Source: Candidatus Heimdallarchaeota archaeon
Lineage (GTDB): Archaea; Asgardarchaeota; Wukongarchaeia; Wukongarchaeales; JBHIFL01
Direction: 5' to 3'
DNA length: 12,051 nt
Assembly (NCBI GenBank): GCA_046761065.1
Contig: JBHIFL010000106.1
Span: 1-12,051, forward strand
Both the position numbers and the translations under genes were made by a program. The notes below the pieces were generated by a model. That model was not told the DNA's origin and did not search any database. It worked only from the letters and a program-made list of their open reading frames with translations. Of this stretch, positions 1-6,624 are shown piece by piece (position 1 is the first letter of the stretch; each line of letters starts with the position of its first letter).

Positions 1-26
1 TATTAACCAAAGATGGTGGTGGAGAG

Positions 27-398
27 ATGCACGAGTACTCGGCAACAGTTCACTTGGTGGAAGCTGTTCTTAGAGAGGCAAGAAAGAGGAACTCAAAGAG
101 AGTTACTGAGGTTCATTTACTAATAGGCAAGCTAAGTTACTTTGGAACAGAGCAGATGCAATTCTGGTACGAAGTCTTAGGTAAGGGGACTATCTTAGAG
201 GGATCTGTGCTGCTTATAGAAGAGGAAGAGGGAGAGGTGGAGTGCGAGATTTGTGGTTATAAAGGCCCGATCCAACTGGAGAAGGCTCCCCATTACTTCA
301 TCGCTGTTCCCACTCTACGCTGTCCTATATGTGACTCCGTAGTCAAGATAGTTAGAGGGAAGGAATGTATAATAAAGAATATTAAAATGGTTGCCTGA
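27..398 (+). CDS. hypA: Hydrogenase maturation nickel metallochaperone HypA
   Basis: N-terminal Ni-binding MHE motif. Zn-binding CEIC...CPIC pair with a long archaeal-type insertion. C-terminal GKECIIKNI motif. GGTGGTGGAG RBS directly upstream. Close to hydrogenase genes. Confidence 0.96.
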   Translation: MHEYSATVHLVEAVLREARKRNSKRVTEVHLLIGKLSYFGTEQMQFWYEVLGKGTILEGSVLLIEEEEGEVECEICGYKGPIQLEKAPHYFIAVPTLRCPICDSVVKIVRGKECIIKNIKMVA

Positions 399-546
399 AA
401 GACATTCAAACAAGAGATTTAACTCGTCCTCTAAAGTCTGATAGGGTATCATTCTCTGCAAAGATAAATTATAAGTATATTCATCAAATTAGAATTAAAG
501 TCGTAGAGTTATCTTAAGTTATGCAGGTGGTGGTAAACAAAGTTTT

Positions 547-975
547 ATGCTCTATCAAGCACTTAGAAAGAATGTTAGCACTAAAAGAGATCTATTTGAT
601 CATATTTTAAATATATTTGCCCGGAGAAGAGTTTCCTCGTTGCTTAATTTTACAACAATGATTGTTCACCGCATTCGTGAAATTCGTTGGACTCATATCC
701 TGTTGCAAAATTATGCTAGTAGAGCTGGTTTAAGCATCGCTGAAGATATGACTGTGAGTGAAATGATTGTCTATCATGAGTAACAGTGGATTTATGCTCG
801 AACAGGAATGCAAGGCGTAGACATACCATTGAATGTATATGATCCGCTTGCATATCGAAATCCTTTCTTGCTTGATAATATAATGTTCGGGCTCAATATG
901 AGGGTTCATCGGGCAGTTATTGATTGTGGTCAAGATACAAGTATACTATGTGATCAACGTATAATTAGTACTTAG
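547..975 (+). pseudogene. Possible disrupted gene of unknown function (78 codons, internal TAA, then 63 more in-frame codons)
   Basis: ORF 547-783 ends at TAA 781-783, but the same frame stays open to TAG 973-975 (QWIYARTGMQGVDIPLNVYDPLAYRNPFLLDNIMFGLNMRVHRAVIDCG...). GGTGG lies upstream. No family recognised. Confidence 0.35.
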
Positions 976-1221
976 TATTTATTGAGGTTTGATGTACGAA
1001 TGTGATAACAGTATTTGAAATCAAATAGTAAATAAAAGACATACGGAAAAGCGTAAGCAAGCTAAGTTACTCTAGAGATAGGGAAGGAGGCATCGAGACT
1101 GAAATTTAATTCTAACAGATATGAAGAATTTAATACAAAATTTTTGATTATATTATAATGTTTATATATATAATATAATAAAAAATAATATACATATTAT
1201 ATAGTATATACAATATATATG

Positions 1222-1260
1222 ATATATGTGAACATATATAGAAAAAGAGTTAAATATAAA
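1222..1260 (+). promoter_or_regulatory. Putative archaeal promoter (BRE + TATA) of the hydrogenase operon with an upstream inverted repeat
   Basis: Purine-rich GAAAAAGAG (1241-1249) followed by TTAAATATAAA (1250-1260), about 45-55 bp before the ATG. Inverted repeat ATATATGT-ga-ACATATAT at 1222-1239. Confidence 0.5.
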
Positions 1261-1303
1261 CTCGTCTTTTACAACTAAGGAGTTTTTCTAAGCAGGAAAA
1301 GAG

Positions 1304-2278
1304 ATGGTATTGATGTCGAATATTCATGTTGTATGGTTACAGGGTCAAGCTTGTACAGGGTGCACAGTATCCTTCACGAATGCTACGCATCCAAGCTTTA
1401 CTGACCTCTTAACAGGCTTTATACCTCCAGCTGCAGGTGTCACTCTCGACTTCCATCAGACAATAATGACTCCTTGGGGTGAACAAGCCACTCAGATCTT
1501 GGATGCTGCTAATGAGGGAAAACTCGCTCCCTTGGTATTGGCCGTGGAAGGAGCAGTACCGGATGAGAGTATAGCGGGTAAAACTGGTGGTTTCTGGTGT
1601 CTTGCTGGCGAATCAGAAGGGAAACCGGTAACCTTTGCTGAGAGACTCAGCGATCTTTCGAAGAAGGCGGCTCTAGTAGTCGCAGTCGGAACCTGTGCAA
1701 CCTATGGGGGAATCCCCCATGGTAAACCCAACCCCACAGGAGCTAAGGGTGTTTTAGACTATTTAGGTCGAGATTGGACAAGTGCTCTTGGCTTACCAGT
1801 TGTTTGTGTCCCCGGATGCCCTGTTCATGGCGAGCATCTGGCCGAGGTGTTAGCTCACGCCGTACTAGCTGTTAGAGAAGTCATACCTCTCCCGGAGCTC
1901 GATAATGAGCATAGACCTGTTCATATCTTCGGCCACACAGCTCATGAGAATTGCCCACGGGCAGGATTATTCGCTGATGGGAAAAACTCCCATACATTCG
2001 GTGAACCCTACTGCATGGGATTGCTCGGATGTAAAGGCCCGGTTTCCCACTGTGATGTCCCACGAAGAGGTTTCATCGAAGGAGTCGGTGGGTGTCCAAC
2101 AGTGGGGTCTCCATGCATCGGTTGTACTGAGCCAAGATTTCCTGACCGTCCTTATTCTCCTTTCCTAGGAAAGCCTCCTAAATGGCCGTTTGTCTCAGAA
2201 AAGATAAAAGGTACTTGGGGATCAATCGACGCGCTCTGGAGTAGGTTTAAGGATTGGGTTTTTGGAAGAAAAATCTAA
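1304..2278 (+). CDS. [NiFe]-hydrogenase small subunit (group 1, group 1h-related), no Tat signal
   Basis: Proximal cluster motifs WLQGQACTGC, VEGAVP, AVGTCATYGG and VPGCP. Distal cluster HENCPR...C...GCKGP. Medial cluster CDVPRRGFIEGVGGCPTVGSPCIGC. The start could alternatively be the ATG at 1313. Confidence 0.96.
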   Translation: MVLMSNIHVVWLQGQACTGCTVSFTNATHPSFTDLLTGFIPPAAGVTLDFHQTIMTPWGEQATQILDAANEGKLAPLVLAVEGAVPDESIAGKTGGFWCLAGESEGKPVTFAERLSDLSKKAALVVAVGTCATYGGIPHGKPNPTGAKGVLDYLGRDWTSALGLPVVCVPGCPVHGEHLAEVLAHAVLAVREVIPLPELDNEHRPVHIFGHTAHENCPRAGLFADGKNSHTFGEPYCMGLLGCKGPVSHCDVPRRGFIEGVGGCPTVGSPCIGCTEPRFPDRPYSPFLGKPPKWPFVSEKIKGTWGSIDALWSRFKDWVFGRKI

Positions 2279-2289
2279 GGTGAATCACA

Positions 2290-4017
2290 TTGGCAAAAAA
2301 AGAGATTATTATAGAGCCACTGACAAGAATTGAAGGACACCTTGGAATCCAAGCTGAAGCGGATCTTAATACAAATAGGTATGTGGATGCACATAGTTTT
2401 GGAACCATGTTCAGAGGATGGGAGATTATTCTTCAGGGTAGAGAACCTGCTGATGCCATCTGGATTACGCAAAGGGTTTGTGGGGTCTGTCCTTACCCGC
2501 ATGCCCTTGCTTCAGCTCAAGCTGTGGATATGGCTTATAACGCCCCTCCACCGCCCATGGGAATTCTCTTAAGAGATCTCATGCACGGAGCCGAGCAGCT
2601 CTATGACTCAGTGTTGGGTTGCATCGTGCTTGAAGGTCCAGATTACAGTCAGCAAATCATAGAAAAGTCTAATCCGGCGTGGTGGGGGGAAGCTACGAAA
2701 ACAAAGGCCCCTCGAAGTGAATTCCATGGTTACCAGACTATCGCAGAGATCATGACTGCTCTGACCCCTCTCACTGGTTCTTTATGGTTGAGGTCCCTAG
2801 GACTGGAGAAACTGGGTCGAAAGATGGCCGCCCTTCTAGGCGCAAAGCACCCTCATGTGAACACCGTAATACCGGGTGGCATGGCAAAGACATTAACCGC
2901 AACAGATCTCGAGCAGTATGCGGCAATGCTCTCTCAACACATCGCTTTTGCGAAAGAATTCATTCCCATTTTCGACGACTTATGTGACTTTCTAATAGGT
3001 ATGGACTACGAAGACTCAGGTGCACGACCTATAAACCTCTTATCATACGGGGCATATGAGGATCCCTCTGCTTATACAGCAGTGTACGAGGACATGACCG
3101 ACTGGGGTCTAAAACGTCAGATTTCCCCCGGTGTTGTGATAAATGGGGAGCTGATTACCCAGGATTTGGTTGAGATCAATGTTGGGGTACACGAGTTCGT
3201 TGACCACTCATATTATACTAAATGGACTGGTAAGGAGTTGGAAGAGGATCCCTTGGGGAACCCACTTGCCACTGAGCATCTATGGAATAAGGAGACAAAG
3301 CCAGAGCCTGGACCACCTAAAAATTGGGAATCTAAGTATTCCTGGGCGTCCTCTCCTCGATGGGCGGATTGGAAAAAGAGGGTAGATGGAGGATTACATG
3401 TTCTAGAAGCTGGACCCATTGCTAGATTGTGGACCACAGCATTATCAAAAAAGATACCAGAGTCTACCGGAGAGAGTCTCCTCTTCACCCTTCCTAAGGC
3501 GACCGTAGTGGGTTATCCCATAGCAGATGAATTCACCCTCGAGTGGAAAATACCCGGGAAAGTAAACACGATCGAACGACTCAGAGCTCGAGCTTACTAC
3601 CATGCCTTCTCTGCGTATGCCACCTATAGTCAGCTCCTAAAAGCCTTGGAATTGATCAAGAAGGGAACAGCTCAGGTCTGGAACAAATATAAGAAGCCGA
3701 AACGAGGCGTGGGAGTCGGGATGGTGGAGGCAATGCGGGGCGCCCTGGCACACTGGGTCGTTATGGAGAATAAAAAGATTCGGAAGTACCAGATCATAAC
3801 ACCCTCTGGATGGAATGCAAGTCCTCGTGGTCCTAATGACGATCTCGGTCCCTATGAGGAGGCAATCGTCGGAACGCCCATCACGGAGCCATCGCCAGAT
3901 GAAGAGCTCGTCGGCATCGATATAGTTAGAGTGGTGAGGAGTTTTGACCCATGTTTAGCTTGCTGTGTACATCTATATGCTGGAGACAGAAAAATTAGAC
4001 AAATAGAAATCATTTAG
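2290..4017 (+). CDS. [NiFe]-hydrogenase large subunit (group 1, group 1h-related), TTG start
   Basis: EPLTRIEGH, FRGWE, L1 motif RVCGVC, EAMRGAL.HW and L2 motif RSFDPCLACCVH, followed by a 14-aa cleavable tail (LYAGDRKIRQIEII). AGGTGA RBS overlaps the small-subunit stop. Cys, not Sec, in L2. Confidence 0.97.
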   Translation: MAKKEIIIEPLTRIEGHLGIQAEADLNTNRYVDAHSFGTMFRGWEIILQGREPADAIWITQRVCGVCPYPHALASAQAVDMAYNAPPPPMGILLRDLMHGAEQLYDSVLGCIVLEGPDYSQQIIEKSNPAWWGEATKTKAPRSEFHGYQTIAEIMTALTPLTGSLWLRSLGLEKLGRKMAALLGAKHPHVNTVIPGGMAKTLTATDLEQYAAMLSQHIAFAKEFIPIFDDLCDFLIGMDYEDSGARPINLLSYGAYEDPSAYTAVYEDMTDWGLKRQISPGVVINGELITQDLVEINVGVHEFVDHSYYTKWTGKELEEDPLGNPLATEHLWNKETKPEPGPPKNWESKYSWASSPRWADWKKRVDGGLHVLEAGPIARLWTTALSKKIPESTGESLLFTLPKATVVGYPIADEFTLEWKIPGKVNTIERLRARAYYHAFSAYATYSQLLKALELIKKGTAQVWNKYKKPKRGVGVGMVEAMRGALAHWVVMENKKIRKYQIITPSGWNASPRGPNDDLGPYEEAIVGTPITEPSPDEELVGIDIVRVVRSFDPCLACCVHLYAGDRKIRQIEII

Positions 4018-4029
4018 GGGTAGATCTAT

Positions 4030-4050
4030 ACCCCCCCTTCTTTTTCTATT
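4030..4050 (+). terminator. Possible archaeal pyrimidine/oligo-T terminator between convergent genes
   Basis: CCCCCCCTTCTTTTTCTATT lies just after the large-subunit stop, in the 56-bp gap before the convergent protease gene. Confidence 0.4.
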
Positions 4051-4073
4051 CAATTACATCATATAGAGCTGAA

Positions 4074-4595
4074 TTACTTTTCCTCTCGATTGAGGATCTC
4101 CATAATCAATGAGACTGCCTTTTTTGTTGCGTCCTCGACCTCCCCAGAGCGTTCTAAACTCAGTTCTAAACTCTTTGGTTCACAACTTATCAGAATACTC
4201 TTGGGAGGTAGAGACCCCAGAGTCTTAGCTACCTTCAAAAGTCCTTCCATCCCAGCTTCGTGGAGACTCAGAGAGATTAGATTTGTAACACCATCTACAT
4301 TGACCTCTTCAGCTTTGATCTCTTTTTTGTATAAGGTTCCCGGCTCTCCATTGCCCTTATTTGTATCGAGGAAGATGATGAAGTCGTACTCACTTAGGTC
4401 AGAGGCGACCGTAAGGCCAGCCGTGCCGAGATCCCAGAGTTCCACGTTCTCCGGGAGTGAACAATCTGAAAGGAGATCGATGACTCGTGGGCCAAAGCCA
4501 TCATCCCCTATGAGCCTATTGCCAATCCCAGCAACCAAGATCCTGTTCGCTCGAGAGTGTCGTTCTATCTGCATTTCCATTTTCTTCCACATCAT
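4074..4595 (-). CDS. Hydrogenase maturation protease (HybD/HyaD/HycI family, peptidase A31), copy 1
   Basis: ILVAGIGNRLIGDDGFG, DLGTAG, IIFLD and SLHE motifs. The metal-ligand D...D...H triad is present. Confidence 0.94.
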   Translation of the reverse strand: MMWKKMEMQIERHSRANRILVAGIGNRLIGDDGFGPRVIDLLSDCSLPENVELWDLGTAGLTVASDLSEYDFIIFLDTNKGNGEPGTLYKKEIKAEEVNVDGVTNLISLSLHEAGMEGLLKVAKTLGSLPPKSILISCEPKSLELSLERSGEVEDATKKAVSLIMEILNREEK

Positions 4596-5447
4596 ATTCT
4601 GGTTGTATTAAACATTATAGATCATGTAATTTAGGAAAAAATAATTTCAAATAAAAAAGTTTCGTTTATACTTTTATTTTATAATATTAAAATTTATATA
4701 TAATAATAATAAAAAAAATTTTTATATAGTTCAAAAGTAAACTAATTCTTCAGAACAGTAGACCTTTCAATCTATATACATGGTTCAAAAGTATCTAAGA
4801 TAAGACACGGATAATATTGATATTAACGAATATTGGGGAATTTTTTGCTTTACTACCTGATAAAACACCTCTATATCCAGAATAAGCAGTTCTATTTATA
4901 TATTGGAGATAAGTAAATCCGACAAATAGACATTTAAGGATAGTTAAGTTTTAAATGTATAAATTTTGAAATGATGAATCTAAGAGAATGATATACTCTA
5001 CACTTCATTTTTTAATTCCTCTAAACCCTAATAGGGCATATTATTTTCCTCTCGATTGAGGATCTCCATAACCAATGAGACTGCCTTTTTTACTGCAGCC
5101 GCGACCTCTTTTGAGAGTTCAAAACCCGGTTCCAAACTTTTTGGGTCACAACCTATCAGAATAACCTTAGGAGGTAGAGTTCCCAACGCTTTTGCGATTT
5201 TAAGGAGACCTTCCAGCCCAGCCTCGTGGAGACTCAAAGAGACCAGATCTGTGACATCCTCTTCACTAACATCATCAACCGTTATCTCCCTCTTGTACAA
5301 AGTCCCTGGCTCTCCACTACCCTCAATCGCGTCGAGGAAGATGATGAAGTCGCACTCTCTTAGGTCAGAGGCGACCGTAAGGCCAGCCGTGCCGAGATCC
5401 CAGAGTTCCACGTTCTCCGGGAGTGAACAATCTGAAAGGAGATCGAT
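4393..5447. repeat. 89-bp exact direct repeat (4393-4481 = 5359-5447) inside the duplicated protease genes
   Basis: Base-by-base identity from CTTAGGTCAGAGG to GGAGATCGAT. A second tract, 4078-4125 vs 5044-5091, has one mismatch in 48 bp at the same offset. Confidence 0.92.
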
Positions 5448-5555
5448 AACTCGTGGGCCAAAGCCGTCATCCCCCCTGAGCCTACTTCCAACACCTGCTA
5501 CCAAGATTTTTTTCCCTTTAGACGAGTGTTCCAACTGAGGCATCTTCTTAACCAT
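5028..5555 (-). CDS. Hydrogenase maturation protease (HybD/HyaD/HycI family, peptidase A31), copy 2
   Basis: ILVAGVGSRLRGDDGFG, IIFLDA, GEPG, SLHE and LIGCDP motifs. Collinear paralog of 4074-4595 at a constant 966-bp offset. Confidence 0.94.
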   Translation of the reverse strand: MVKKMPQLEHSSKGKKILVAGVGSRLRGDDGFGPRVIDLLSDCSLPENVELWDLGTAGLTVASDLRECDFIIFLDAIEGSGEPGTLYKREITVDDVSEEDVTDLVSLSLHEAGLEGLLKIAKALGTLPPKVILIGCDPKSLEPGFELSKEVAAAVKKAVSLVMEILNREENNMPY

Positions 5556-5937
5556 ACGGCATTAAATGCTTGAATACGAAAAGGGCTTCTGCATCTTGTT
5601 AGCTCTCCTTGGCATGCGCAATAATCCAGTTTATTCTGTAGAACCGGACAAGTTACTTGAAGATTAATTCATCTGAATATTAATCGCTTTTTCTTTTTTT
5701 GCACTGTGTAATGCAAGAATAGCAGATAAACTTGTTATCTTGATGAGCTTCATATATCGTGATGGAAGACGCAGTATTCACATGTACGATGTGCGAAGGC
5801 AAGATTGTAGAATATAAACCTCCTTCTTGTGTGAGACTTTGTGTTGTTGAGATTGTTTCGCTTAGGTATTGCCTGATTCTGTGTTATCAGGGAATTCTTT
5901 CCATTGTGGACAGTTGCTCTAAATTATTTAAATTTAA

Positions 5938-6219
5938 GAAAGTCATTACTATTTCAGTGGGGCTTACTTGCAGTGTAAAACAAAAATCGAAATCAAAGAT
6001 GTAAATAGGGACCCAAATCGAATTTAGATATCAAAATTCCCTAAGAAAGGCAAAAAATATGCGTTTCCATCCGTTAACAGTCAGGAAGGTGATTTTATCA
6101 AACAAGTTTACCAGTTCCTGGCTTACATGAAGAAGCACAGTGTGCAACGATATTTAGATGAGGCGAATGAGCTGAAACAGAAGTTTGAAGGTGTAAATAC
6201 TGTCAAGAGAGACCATTAA
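5938..6219 (+). pseudogene. Possible gene remnant of unknown function
   Basis: The frame reads ESHYYFSGAYLQCKTKIEIKDVNRDPNRI*ISKFPKKGKKYAFPSVNSQEGDFIKQVYQFLAYMKKHSVQRYLDEANELKQKFEGVNTVKRDH*. Composition is protein-like, with one internal TAG (6025-6027) and no clear start. Confidence 0.25.
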
Positions 6220-6624
6220 CATTCAAGAATTTCTGATCTTTTGTCATTTGACCAGTGAAACGGTTTAAAGTACTGATAAAACCCTTTAATTCTGGGTTCC
6301 CATTCAAGTTAGGTTAATATTAATCGAAGGTGCTGTATTCGATGATTTACCCATACCAGCGAATCAACACAAAGCCGTTTTGAAGAACCTATCTTCTAGC
6401 TCCTGAATAATCCTTAGGTCTTTCAAAGCAGGATGGGTCCGTTATAGACACGTATTTACTCATTAAAGAGCCAGTTACACCGGATATCCTTGATTAAGAA
6501 ATATTTGAAATAAAAATACAATATTCGAAATGAGAATAGCACAACGTTTAACATATTATACAATTAAGATATTAATCAAAAATCAAATAATTAATTATTA
6601 TTAGAATAACATAGAGACGATTAG

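Noticed and set aside
730-933. 67-aa minus-strand ORF
   Set aside because: No motif or RBS, and it overlaps the more plausible interrupted + strand frame.
1881-3488. Short alternative-frame and antisense ORFs inside the hydrogenase genes
   Set aside because: They overlap well-supported genes and show no recognisable motifs.
2290-4017. [NiFeSe] hydrogenase or SECIS-dependent recoding
   Set aside because: L2 has TGT/TGC Cys codons and the ORF has no in-frame TGA.
4090-5538. Long + strand ORFs 4090-4611 and 5056-5538
   Set aside because: They are antisense shadows of the two protease genes. Their mutual similarity follows from the duplication.
5759-6004. 81-aa Cys-rich ORF with a CTMC motif (zinc-ribbon-like)
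   Set aside because: GTG start without a clear RBS, only one CxxC, and random-looking remainder. Not supportable as a gene.
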